A DNA stretch of 63,098 nt, counting the filler, from Chiloscyllium plagiosum (taxonomy: Eukaryota): assembly GCF_004010195.1 (NCBI RefSeq). It is 6 parts of 2 records of this genome, joined end to end, with 100 filler letters (N's around TTAATTAATTAA, not from the genome) between each part and the next. Parts side by side here need not be neighbours in the genome. Positions count along the whole stretch, not along the records: positions 49,528 to 59,829 come from NC_057716.1; positions 59,930 to 63,098 come from NC_057717.1; 4 more parts are not named here. One strand, given 5' to 3'. The translations under genes and the position numbers were made by a program. The notes under the pieces are model-generated. The model saw only the letters and a program-made list of their open reading frames with translations. It searched no databases and had not been told where the DNA came from. Shown here piece by piece: positions 50,460 to 62,564 of the stretch (positions are counted from its first letter, which is position 1; each line of letters opens with the position of its first letter).

Positions 50460-52080
50460 AGGGCATTGGTGAGGCTAGTTTTAGAATATTGCATTCAATT
50501 GTAGTCTCTCTGATTTCAGAAAGATGTGACCAGAATAGGACGCAACCTCTTAATGGCAAGTTCTTGGGAAGTGTTGACAAACAAACAGACCATGCAGTGT
50601 AGTTTAATAGTTCCTTGAAAGTGTAGTTGAAGGCAGATAAGTCAGTGAAGGTGGTGTTTGGTATGCCAGCTGTTAGTGGGTAATGCATTGAGTATAGGAG
50701 GTAAAAACAATGACTGCAGATGCTGGAAACCAGATTCTGGATCAGTGGTGCTGGAAGAGCACAGCAATTCAGGCAGCATCCGAGGACAGGCAAAATCGAC
50801 GTTTCGGGCAAAAGCCCTTCATCAGGAATAAAAGGCTTTTATTCCTGATGAAGGGCTTTTGCCCGAAACGTTGACTATGCCTGTCCTCGGATGCTGCCTG
50901 AATTGCTGTGCTCTTCCAGCACCACTGATCCATTGAGTAGAGGAGTCGGGAGTTCATGCTTCGATTGTACAGTTTATTGGGTCGGCCACTTTTGGAATCC
51001 TCAGAATGCCTTCAATTCCAGTCTCCCTGCTATAGGAAAGATGTTGGGAAATTTGAAAGAGTTCAGAAAAGATTTACAAGGGTATTGCCAGTATTAGAAC
51101 ATTTGAATCATAGGGATAGGCTGAGGCTATTTCCCTGCGGCATTGGACATTTAGATGGCTTTATCGAACTTTATAACATTATGAGGAGCAATGATAGGGT
51201 GACTAGTCATGGTTTCTTTGGAATTAGTTTGGAATGTCATCATGATCTGCACAGACATGGTGGGCTGATTATTCCAGTGCTATAACTGCTTTGATTTCCA
51301 GGGGGTAGAATGTTTTTTGAAGGAGCAACAAAAATCATTGATGAGGGCAGACTGGTCAACATGATCAACGTGGACTTTAGGAAGGCGCTCGTGGAGACTG
51401 GNGGTAGGGCATTGGTGAGGCTAGTTTTAGAATATTGCATTCAATTGTAGTCTCTCTGATTTCAGAAAGATGTTACCAGAATAGGACGCAACCTCTTAAT
51501 GGCAAGTTCTTGGGAAGTGTTGACAAACAAACAGACCATGTAGTGTGGGTTGATAGTTCCTTGAAAGTGTAGTTGAAGGCAGACAGGTCGGTGAAGGTGG
51601 TGTTTGGTATGCCAGCTGTTATTGGGTAGTGCATTGAGTATAGGAGTCGGGAGTTCATGTTTCGGTTGTACAGTTTATTGGGTCGGCCACTTTTGGAATC
51701 CTCAGAATGCCTTCAATTCCAGTCTCCCTGCTATAGGAAAGATGTTGGGAAATTTGAAAGAGTTCAGAAAAGATTTACAAGGGTATTGCCAGTATTAGAA
51801 CATTTGAATCATAGGGATAGGCTGAGGCTATTTCCCTGCGTCACTGGACATTTAGATGGCTTTATCGAACTTTATAACATTATGAGGAGCAATGATAGGG
51901 TAACTAGTCATGGTTTCTTTGGAATTAGTTTGGAATGTCATCATGATCTGCACAGACATGGTGGGCTGATTATTCCAGTGCTATAACTGTTATGATTTCC
52001 AGGGGGTAATCATTTGAAGGAGCAACAAAAATCATTGATGAGGGCAGACTGGTCAACATGATCAACGTGGACTTTAGGAG
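50460..52080 (+). repeat. Local ~0.7-kb tandem duplication of rearranged CR1 sequence
   Basis: 50460-51380 (minus the insert) matches 51407-52078; the ORFs at 50956 and 51657 are near-identical. Confidence 0.93.
50701..50930. mobile_element. 230-bp fold-back Penelope-derived element with two opposed hammerhead motifs and a 15-bp TSD
   Basis: 50739-50834 and 50836-50931 are near-perfect reverse complements; cores at 50798-50825 (-) and 50845-50872 (+); TSD CATTGAGTA(T/G)AGGAG at 50686-50700 and 50931-50945; empty site at 51632-51646. Confidence 0.93.
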
Positions 52081-52559
52081 ACTGGTTAGCAAGGTTAGAT
52101 CTCATGGAATGAAGGGGAACCAACTATTTGAGTACAGAACTGATTCAAAGGTAGAAGACAGAGAGTTGTGGTGAAGGGATGCTTTTCAGACTGGAGGCCC
52201 GTGGAGTGTCACAAGGATTGGTGCTTGATCCACTATTTTTCATCATTTATATCAATGATTTGGATGTGAACTTAGGAGCTATTAGTAATTTTGCAGATGA
52301 CGCCAAAATTGGACGTTTAGTAGACAGTGAAAAAGGCTGCAATGTTTCCTGCATCTGTCACTATTTCAGATGCTGCCCAACCAGCTGAGGATCTCCAGCA
52401 CTTTTTAGTTTTATTGCAGATTTCCACCATTTTGCTGAAGCACATGGAGACAGAGAGCTGTACAGCTCCGTACTATGCTGTCTCTGATTCCTGGGATGGC
52501 AGGACTGATGGATGAAAAGGGACTCAATCCTCATTTAATCCTCCTTTCTTTCGGTTTTC

Positions 52560-53620
52560 TGAGCCGCTGACTACATCACTCATATTCTACCTCCCATTCC
52601 CTGTCCTGAATGTGACCCATCTAAACCGACAGTTTAGTTCCCATCCCCCTGCCAGACGAGTTAGAACCACAACAAGAGAACTGGCAATATCCCACACGAG
52701 GAGAGTTGACCTAGCTCTGCCCAGGGGTAACCAGTCAGGCTGGTACAGGTCCCAACTAACCCAGAAAAGGTTGCACTGCCTGAAGAATCTAAACCCTTCT
52801 CTGGTACACCATTACTCCAGCCACACAACCAGCTGATCTACCCTCTTATTCCTGCTCTCACTAGCACACAGCACTGGGAGTAAGGCTGACATTGTATTTC
52901 AGGAGCTGCATTTTAATGAGTCCCTGCTCTCCCAATATCCAACTTTCAGGCCCTCATCCCTCTGTTTCGCGATGTCGTTGGTATCTGTGTGTTCCACAAC
53001 CACGGGCTGTTTACCCTCCAACTCCAAAATGTAGCCGCACCATGATATCGCGGATCCTGGCAATAGGGAGAGAACATACCATCTTGGATTCATGGCTGTG
53101 GTCAGAGAAGTGCCTGTCTTTAATCCTGACTATTGAATCCCCTGTCACTCTCTTTCTTCCCGGTCTGGGCAGCAGAGCTGTGTATGGTGCCATGAAACTG
53201 GCTGTTGCCGATTTTCCCTGAGACCGACACACACACCCACACACACACACGAATTCCAAGCAGTATACACTATCTGTTTGGGAAGAGAATAACCACTGGG
53301 AACTCCTGCACTCCCTTTCTGAGCCTTTTACTTGATCTGATGCACACCCATTCCCTTTCAGCCTGTGTAACCCTCACTTGCGGTGTGACTAACTCACTGA
53401 ACGTGCTGTCCATAACATTCTCAGTATTGCAGATGCTCCACAGTGAGTCCACTCACAGCTCCAGCTCTGAAAAGCAGTATCCCAGTAGCTGCAGATGGGA
53501 ACATTTCCTGCACACACAGCCGTTAGGGACACTGGAAACATCCCTAATTTTCCCACATTGTACAAGAGGAGCACACCACGGATCTGAGGTCTTCTGTCAC
53601 ACAGGCTCTCTAGATTCAGC
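52560..53620 (-). mobile_element. CR1 5' region: ORF1 relic with Cys motif and SGNH esterase domain
   Basis: Minus strand VTGDSIVRIKDRHF...KMVCSLPIARIRDI (GDS(L/I) esterase typical of CR1 ORF1) and an upstream CRKC-type motif. Confidence 0.8.
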
Positions 53621-53914
53621 TAGTTACTCCTATTGAGAGAATTTAACTGAGCGTGCAATCTTCCTACCCTTCAAACATATCCATTATAATCAAAATTGTG
53701 TATTCTTTACTTAAGCTGATATGTTATACCTTAAAAACTGTTACAACATCTCCACAGGTATCGTTTACAAACTGGCTGTTCCGTTTGGGACCATGTGAAT
53801 TTCTGAATGGGCTGAAAGAAAAATGAGTTTCAGCTTCACATTCTCCCTGTCCCAGCACGCTCTGTTTACACTCAACTCGAAAATACTCATTGAACCAAGC
53901 AGCACGCACAGTGC

Positions 53915-55605
53915 AGCCCTGTCATTTTCATTGCCTGCTCACACCTACACTGCCCTCAGCCTCCTGTACTGTTCCAATGCATCTCAATGGGAGCTCAGGA
54001 AAAGCATCTCATCATTCGATTCAATCCTTTGTAACCCCAGAGTCAACATGGACCTCAGCAGTTTCTGGATGAACAGACAGTTGTTAGAATCTGGAACATT
54101 CCACCTAAAAAGGTACTGGAATTTGTGTTCATAAGGAGTTGCAGGGAATTGAAGATAAGAAGTTTACAGGTTAGCATCATGAAGTGGGTGATTGGGACTA
54201 AATCTGACAGTCCCTACAAAGAGACGAAGTGTAATTTGGACAAATCTGCGATTCCTCTCAGACCAAAAAAGACCCCGAGTCCAGTTGCCTGCCACTTTAA
54301 CACATGAGCCTGTTCCCTGGCCAACATCTGTCCTATTCTTACTACAGTGTTCCAGGGAAGCTTGATGCAGAATACTCCAAGAACATACCAAAATGGCCCT
54401 GTATTTCAAGGACTGCAATTTCCCCACCCATGTGATCAACAATACCCTTTAGTGTATCTCCACCACTTCCCGCACCTCTGCTATTGAATCCCACCACTCC
54501 AACCGTAGCAAGGATAGAACCCCCAAGTCCTCACTTTTCAGCCAGATACAACACATCATCCTCTGTCATTTCCACCACCTACAATCCGACCCCACCAGCA
54601 GAGATACCTTTCCCTCCACACCCCTTTCAGTATTCCTCAGAGACCATTCCCTGTGACTTCCGCATTAAATCCATGCTACCCACCAACCCATCCTCCACTC
54701 CCAACACCTTTGCCTGCCATGGCAAGAGGTGCAAAACCTGGGCCCACACCTTCCCCGACCCTCCATCCAAGGCACCAGAGGTTCCGCCCACATCTAGCAG
54801 ATATTTTACTGTACATTGGGCCACATCCACCACAAAATCCTAGCTACATGACTCCTGGAGGAAGAATATCTCATCTTCTATCTTGGGACCCTTCAACCAC
54901 AGAATCAACGTTTCGTCATTTCCCCTCACGCCACCTTATCCCAGATCCAGCCCTCCAACTCAGCACCACCCTCTTGGACAGTCCTACCTGTCCATCTTAC
55001 TTCACAATTATCCACTCCACCCTCTCACCATTACCTTCCACCAGCATCTTCCTATCGCCTTCCCAACTACCTTCCCGCCAGCCCCACACACCCATCCTAT
55101 TATCTGTCAGCCCTCTTCCCCACCCTCACGGTCCTGCTGAATGGCTTAGGCCCAATATGTCAATTCTCCTGCTCCTTGGATACTGTCGGACCTGCTGTGC
55201 TTCTCCTGCGCCAAACTTTAACGTAAGCTGGAAGAACAACACCTCATTTTGTACTCGGGGACCCTTCAGCCCTCTGGCCTTAAAACTGAATTCATTAATT
55301 TTAGGTCCTAAGTCTCTGACGTCCTCTCGCCCTAGTCCCCCAGCCTACACCCCAGGCCTTGTTATTGCATAGCCTGACATTACACACTATCTACGGTTAG
55401 CCACTAACAGTCTCCATTAACATCAAATCACCCTCCCCCAGCCAGATCGTTCTCCATTCCTTTGTCCATTTGCTCCTATATCTCTCTTTGGAATCTATCC
55501 CCACCTATCATTTACTCCTTAACCGCTACCTTCTACATATAAACTGACATTGTTTCTCAGTCACATCAGTTCTGAGGTAGGGTCATTGGATCAGAAATGT
55601 GCAAC
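53915..55605 (+). mobile_element. Nested decayed Penelope-like fragments
   Basis: GIY-YIG tail begun at ~54220-54370 (PVACHFNT) resumes at ~55222 (KLEEQHLILYSGTLQP) around an inserted family-1 fragment (CHGKRCKT, pLTR ~55130-55215); decayed hammerhead-like boxes at ~55133 and ~55572. Confidence 0.7.
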
Positions 55606-55719
55606 ACCCCTCATTCACTCCCATTGGCTAGAGTATTACACCGAGTCTCCTATTTGTCTGAAGCTGCCGTCAATCAGCCAGGTCCCATTGTGACACGAGG
55701 GGTGGGATCCTCCCAGGAG

Positions 55720-56110
55720 TGTGGGAGGCTGAGTGGTGACGTCATTGAGGTTTATAAAATCATGAGGGGCATTGAAGGGAAAAATAGACAAGGTTTTTTC
55801 CCTGGGGTCGGTGAGTCCAGAACTAGAGAGCATAGGTTTAAGGTAAGAAGGGAAAGATATATAAGGGACCCGAGAGACAACTTTTTTCATGTAGAGGGTG
55901 GTGCGTGTATGGAAGCTACTGTCAGGGGAAGTGGTGGCATTTAGTACAGTTACACCATTTGAAAGGCATCTGGTTGGGTATATGTATAGGAAGGTTGTAG
56001 AGGGATATGAGCCAACTGCTGCCATATCATACAAGATTAGGATAGGATATCTGGTCGGCACGGACGAGTTTGACTGAAGGGTCTGTTTCCGTGCTGTATA
56101 TGTCTGTGGC
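55720..56110 (+). mobile_element. CR1 3' end
   Basis: RLSGDVIEVYKIMRG...ESRTREHRFKVR, followed by the tail. Confidence 0.88.
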
Positions 56111-56289
56111 TCTGCCCTAGATAAGCTTCATCATTCACAGTGAATGGGACAGTAGCTCAGAGCACAGGGGCTGGGGGCTATTCAACCCATTGGGCTATAC
56201 TCCCTCCCTCTGGAGATGCTGCCAATCTGCCCTTACTCCCCTCCCATTTACCCGTAGCAATCCAAATTTATCCTCAAATAGTTAAATTC

Positions 56290-58150
56290 CAGAGATGTAC
56301 AACACAGATACAGACCATTCGATCCAACTCGTCCATGCCACCCATTTATCCTAAATTAATCTTGTCCCATTTGCCAGCACTTTGCCCATATCCTTCTAAA
56401 CGTTTTCTAATTACGTACTCAGTCAGATGCCTTTCAAATGTTGTAATTGCACCAGCCTCCACACTTCCTCTGGCAGCTCATTCTCCGTTCAGCTTGAAAA
56501 CATTGCCCTTAGATCCGTTTAAAATCTTTTCCCTCACAACTTAGGCTTGTGCCCTCTAGTTTTGTACTCACTTAACTTTGGGAAAAGACCCTGGTTGTTC
56601 ACCCTATCCATGTCCTTCACGATTTTATGTACCTCGAAGGTCATCTCTCAGCACCCGATGCTCCAGGTAAAACAGCCCCAGCCTATTCAGCCTCTCCCTA
56701 TAGCTCAAACCCTCAACCCTGGCAACATTTTTGCACATCTTTTTGGAATCCTTTCTCGTTTTGTAATATCACTACTACAGCAGGGAGACCAGAACTGAAA
56801 GCAGAATTCCAGATGTGGCTGAATCAATGTCATGTAGAGCTGCAAAACAATGTCACAACTCCAATAATCAATGCACTGAGTAATAAATGCAAGTACACCA
56901 AACGCCTCCTTCACTACCCTGCCTATCCATGATTCCACTTTCAAAGAACTGTGAACCTGCACCTCAAGCTCTCTTTGTTCAGCAACACTCCCCAGGACCT
57001 TCCCATTAAATGTATAAGTCCTGCCCTGATTTGTTTTTCCAAAATGCAGCACCTCACATTTATCTGAATTACACTTCATCTGCCACTCCCCACCCCATTT
57101 GATTGAAGTCCCATTGTACTCTCAGGTAACCCTCTTCCCGATCCACTTCTTCCCGATCCAATTTGGTGTCTATGTAAAGTCACTAACCATAGCTCCTATT
57201 TTCACATAGAAATCATTTATATAAATGATGAAAAGCAGTGAACCCTACACCGATCCTTACACCATATTGCTCATCACAGGCTTCCAGTCCAAAAGGCAAC
57301 CATCCACCACTACCCTCGGTCTCCAACCTTACAGCCAATTTTATATCCATATAGCTAGTTCTTCCACCTTGAATGTCTTTCTGAAGTCCAAGTAAGTGAT
57401 TTCCATGCACAAAGGCATGCTGACTATCCCGAATCATTTCTTACCTTTCCAATTACATCTAAATCCTATCCCTAAGAAGCCCTTCCAATAACTTGCTTGA
57501 CACAAGGTTCACCAGTGTATTGTTCCCTGGCCTTTCCTCATCACCTTTCTCAAATAATGGCGCCAGTCTTCCAGCACCTCGGTGATACAAATATCTCAGC
57601 GAGGGTCCCAACAATCACTTCTCTAGCTTCCCACAAAGTTCTGGGATTCACCTGATCATGTATCAATGATTTATCAATCTTGATGCATTATACAAGTTCC
57701 AGTGCCTCCTCCTAAATAATATGGACACTTGTCAAGCTATCCTTATTTATTTCTCCAAACTTCCATATCCTCATTCAGCAAAAGCTGACATGAACTACGT
57801 AGATCGTATCTCTCCTGCCTCCTGCAGATCCATAGACAGCCTTGTTGATCTTCGAGGGTCACTATTCTCTGCCTGGTTACTCATTTTTCCTTAGTGTATT
57901 TCTCGTAACTCTTTAGATTTTCACCAAACTCATTTCACAAAGCTCTCTCGTTCCCTTTTTGTCCTCCTAGTTTCCCTCGAGTATAATCCTACTGCCCCTA
58001 TACTCCTCCAGGTATTCACACAAACCCAGCTGTCTGTACATGCCATATCCCTCCTTCATTTTCTTGACCAGAGCCACAATTCCTCTTGGCAGGCAGCATT
58101 CGTTACACCTCCCAGCCTTGGCCTTAACATAAACATACTGTCTATATACT
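56290..58150 (-). mobile_element. CR1 ORF2, minus strand, decayed
   Basis: Minus ORF CNSDKCEVLHFGKTN...HLEFCFQFWSP; IRDSQHAFV. Confidence 0.9.
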
Positions 58151-58229
58151 CTCATTGTCGCAGGCCTATGGAGGCAATGGCAGATGAGGACAGAGAAACA
58201 ATCAATCAATCATTCTCAGTAAAGAGGCA

Positions 58230-59440
58230 GTGCTGGGAATGATACCAGCTTAAAGGTCGATGGGTCTCCTGGCCGTGATCAAATGCATCCCAGGGGACTA
58301 TAAGAGATGGCAGTGGGTAAATAGCAAATACACTCGTGATAATTCACAAATTTGCTGGACTCTGGAACGGTTCTAACAGATTGAAAAGCTGCAAATGTGA
58401 TGCCAATATTTTAAAATGAACATGTTAGCATAACTTCTGTAGTGGGGAAAATGTCCGATCTGTCAAGGAAGAAATAGTGAACTATGTGGATAGAAATTGT
58501 CTCATCGAGCAGACACAGCATGGATTCATGAAAAGTGGACGACACTAAGATGAGTGTTAGAGCAGTGTGTGCAGAGGCCACTGTCAGTCTGCACAGGGAT
58601 ACAGATAGGTTAATTGAGTAGGTAAGGGTCTGGCAGATGGAGGACAATGTTGGGAAATGTGAGGTCATCCATTTTGGTCGGACGAACAGCAAACTGGATG
58701 ATGAAATTTTGAAAACTTGCAGCATGCTGCTGTGGAGAGGGAGATGGGTGTCCTTGTGCATGAATCACAGGAAGTTGGTTTGCAGGCGCAGCAGGTAATT
58801 ACCACAATGAAGGGAATATTGTCCTTCATTGCTAGAGGGATGGTTATGCTGCAGCTGTACAGGGTGCTGGTGAGGTTACACCTGGAGTACTGTGTACAGG
58901 TTTGGTCTTCTTAATTCAGGAAGGATGTACTGGCACTGGAGAGGGTGTAGAGGAGGTTCACTTGTTTGAGTTGGGAGTTGAGAGGGTTGCCTTATGAAGA
59001 GAGATTGAGAAAACTGGCACGATCCTCATTGGAATTTAGAAGAATAGGACTTTGTATAGGAAAAATATAAAATTATGAAGGGAGTAGATAAGATAGAAAC
59101 AGGGAGGTTATTTTCATTGTAGATTGAACAAACTAGGGTGCATAGCTACAAAATAAGGGGGGATCAGATTTAGGACTGAGTTCAGGAGAAACCTCTTCCG
59201 CTAAAGGGTTGTGAATCTGTTGAATTCCCAGCTGATTGAAACAGTTGAGGCTTTCATATTGAATGTCTTTAGGTCAAAATGTAGATTTAAGAACAGGAAA
59301 GGAATTAAAGGTTATGAGAGAGAGCAGGAAAGTGGAGCTGAGGCCATGAAAAGATCAGCCCTGATCTTATTGAATGGCAGGGCAGGCTTGAGGGGCCAGA
59401 TGGCCTACTCCTGCTCCCATTCCTTATGTTCTTATGTTCC
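58230..59440 (+). mobile_element. CR1 ORF2 fragments with tail
   Basis: LQLYRVLVRLHLEYCVQVWS; tail GGCCTACTCCTGCTCC...TTATGTTCTTATGTT. Confidence 0.88.
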
Positions 59441-59595
59441 CACTTTCCAGCCGTCCCTTTGCCTGGGAATAGCAAAGAAATATTGAAAGATTTCGCCTTT
59501 TTCAATCACAATTCGCCTTTATCCAATTTAGAACAGAAACGCTTAGATCTGGTCTATTCTTTTCTGGAACTATTTTAAAACTAGTAGAATTATCA

Positions 59596-59820
59596 GAGAT
59601 TCCAGACAGTGGGAAAGCAGGCCATTCAGCCCATCACATCCACACTGACAGTCAGAGGCTCTCACCTTACCCATGTAATGCTGCATTTCCCATGGATAAT
59701 CCAGCGAGCCTGCACATCCCTGAACACTATGGGCAATTCAGCCTGGATAATCCACCCAACCTGCATATCTTTAGACAGTGGGAGGAAACCAGAGCAATCA
59801 GACGAAACCCACGCAGATAT
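59596..59820 (-). mobile_element. HE1/V-SINE-like SINE
   Basis: GTGGGAGGAAACCAGAGC...GAAACCCACGCAGA reverse-complement central domain. Confidence 0.8.
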
Positions 59821-59929
59821 TAACAATAANNNNNNNNNNNNNNNNNNNNNNNNNNNNNNNNNNNNNNNNNNNNTTAATTAATTAANNNNNNNNNNNNNNN
59901 NNNNNNNNNNNNNNNNNNNNNNNNNNNNN

Positions 59930-61085
59930 TGCAGCTGTACAAAAGTCTGGTGCAGCTGCGCTTGGAGTATTGTGTACAGTTCTGGTCACCGCATTATAAG
60001 AAGGATGTGGAAGCTTTGGAAAGGGTGTAGAGGAGATTTACTAAGATGTTGCCTGGTATGGAGGGAAGGTCTTACGAGGAAAGATTGAGAGACTTGAGGT
60101 TGTTTTCATTAGAAAGAATTCGGTTGAGAGGTGACTTAATAGAGATATATAAGATAATCAGAGGGTTAGATAGGGTGGACAGGGAGAGCCTTTTTCCAAG
60201 TATGTTGACAGCGAGCACGAGGGGGCATAGCTTTAAATTGAGGGGAGATATATATAGGACAGATGTCAGAGATAGTTTCTTTACTCAGAGAGTAGGAAGG
60301 GTATGGAATGCTTTGACTGCAATGGTAGTAGATTTGCCAATTTTAAGTATATTTAAGTCGTCATATGGACGTACATGGAATAGTGTAGGTTGGATGGGCT
60401 TCAGATTAGTATGACAGGTCGGCGTAACATCGAGGGCCGAAGAGCCTGTACTGCGCTGTAATGTTTTATGTTCTATGTTTTATGATACATACGTCCCATG
60501 GGCCAGACAGGATACAACTAGGATACTACAGGAAGCGAGGGAAGAGATTGCCGCGCCTTTGACGATGACATTTGCATCCTCACTGTCCACTGGAGTAGTG
60601 CCAAATGATTGAAGCGTGGCAAATGTTATTCCTTTGTTCAAGAAATGGAATAGGGTTAACTCTGAGAACTACAAACCAGTCAGTCTTACATCTGTGGGAA
60701 ACAAATAATTGGAGAGGATTCTGACAGACAGGATTTTTGATTGCTTGGAAAACCATAGCTTGATTAGAGATAGTCATCATGGCTTTGTGAGGGGCAGGTC
60801 ATGCTTCACATTTGGCTATCACAAATTTTAAGGTGATTGGAGGAAGGTTTGGGGGGATGTCAGAGGTAGGTTCTTCACACAGAGAGCGGTGGGTGTGTGG
60901 AATGCACTGCCAGCAGTGATAGTAGAGTGAGATACATGAGGGATATTTAAGTGACTCTTAGATCAGCACATGGAAGGTGGAACAATGAAGGGTATGGATG
61001 TTCCTTTGATCTTCAAGGAGGATTAAAGGTCAGCACAACATCGAGGACTGAAGGGCCAGTCCTGTGCTTTCTTGTTCAATGTTCG
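59930..61085 (+). mobile_element. CR1 fragments
   Basis: MLPGMEGRSYEERLRDL...LRGDLIEIYKIIRG; ENYKPVSLTS; tails at ~60465 and ~61070. Confidence 0.9.
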
Positions 61086-61121
61086 ACGTTAACAGCACAA
61101 TTCAATTCTCACACTGGTTGA

Positions 61122-61306
61122 AGTTAAAAATCATGCAACGCCAGGTTATAGTACAAAAGGTTTATTTGGACGCACTAATTTTGAGGTGCTACGTCTTCAT
61201 CAGTGCTCCAAAGGCTGGTGTTTCCAAATAAACCTTTTGGACTATAACCTGGTGTTGTATGATTTTTAACCTTGGCCACCCCAGACCAACACTGGCACCT
61301 CCAAAC
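61122..61306. mobile_element. ~185-bp fold-back element (third pLTR family) with a 12-bp TSD
   Basis: 61123-61185 is inverse to 61205-61270; CTGATGA on the minus strand at 61197-61203; CACACTGGTTGA at 61110-61121 and 61307-61318. Confidence 0.8.
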
Positions 61307-62564
61307 CACACTGGTTGAGATCACAATAAAAGTCCCATCTTCTTAACCCCCCGCTTCCCTGAGGCATGGTGATCCAGGTGAAACACACAATCAGTTATGT
61401 TTCTGAGAGATCAGCCCTATGATCGAATGGGAATTTACTAAAGGAATATATATCCAAGTCAGGATGGTGAGTGGCTTGAAAAGGAACATGCCAGTCAAGG
61501 TGTTCTCATGCATCTACTGCCTTTGCCTTTAGGAAGGTGGTGTTCATGGATGTTGAAGGTGCTGTCCACGGAGCATTTGTGGTGGATGGACTGAATGTTT
61601 GTAGATGTGGTGCCAATCAAACTGGTTACTTCATCATAAAAGAGAAAATGTTGGAGAAACTCAGCAGGCCTGGTGTAANNNNNNNNNNNNNNNNNNNNNN
61701 NNNNNNNNNNNNNNNNNNNNNNNNNNNNNNNNNNNNNNNNNNNNNNNNNNNNNNNNNNNNNNNNNNNNNNNNNNNNNNNNNNNNNNNNNNNNNNNNNNNN
61801 NNNNNNNNNNNNNNNNNNNNNNNNNNNNNNNNNNNNNNNNNNNNNNNNNNNNNNNNNNNNNNNNNNNNNNNNNNNNNNNNNNNNNNNNNNNNNNNNNNNN
61901 NNNNNNNNNNNNNNNNNNNNNNNNNNNNNNNNNNNNNNNNNNNNNNNNNNNNNNNNNNNNNNNNNNNNNNNNNNNNNNNNNNNNNNNNNNNNNNNNNNNN
62001 NNNNNNNNNNNNNNNNNNNNNNNNNNNNNNNNNNNNNNNNNNNNNNNNNNNNNNNNNNNNNNNNNNNNNNNNNNNNNNNNNNNNNNNNNNNNNNNNNNNN
62101 NNNNNNNNNNNNNNNNNNNNNNNNNNNNNNNNNNNNNNNNNNNNNNNNNNNNNNNNNNNNNNNNNNNNNNNNNNNNNNNNNNNNNNNNNNNNNNNNNNNN
62201 NNNNNNNNNNNNNNNNNNNNNNNNNNNNNNNNNNNNNNNNNNNNNNNNNNNNNNNNNNNNNNNNNNNNNNNNNNNNNNNNNNNNNNNNNNNNNNNNNNNN
62301 NNNNNNNNNNNNNNNNNNNNNNNNNNNNNNNNNNNNNNNNNNNNNNNNNNNNNNNNNNNNNNNNNNNNNNNNNNNNNNNNNNNNNNNNNNNNNNNNNNNN
62401 NNNNNNNNNNNNNNNNNNNNNNNNNNNNNNNNNNNNNNNNNNNNNNNNNNNNNNNNNNNNNNNNNNNNNNNNNNNNNNNNNNNNNNNNNNNNNNNNNNNN
62501 NNNNNNNNNNNNNNNNNNNNNNNNNNNNNNNNNNNNNNNNNNNNNNNNNNNNNNNNNNNNNNNC

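Noticed and set aside
53011..53259. Host GDSL/SGNH esterase gene
   Set aside because: It is the esterase domain of CR1 ORF1, disrupted and embedded in LINE sequence.
54653..55372. 239-aa proline-rich ORF
   Set aside because: Chance read-through of C-rich Penelope 3'/pLTR sequence in a non-native frame.
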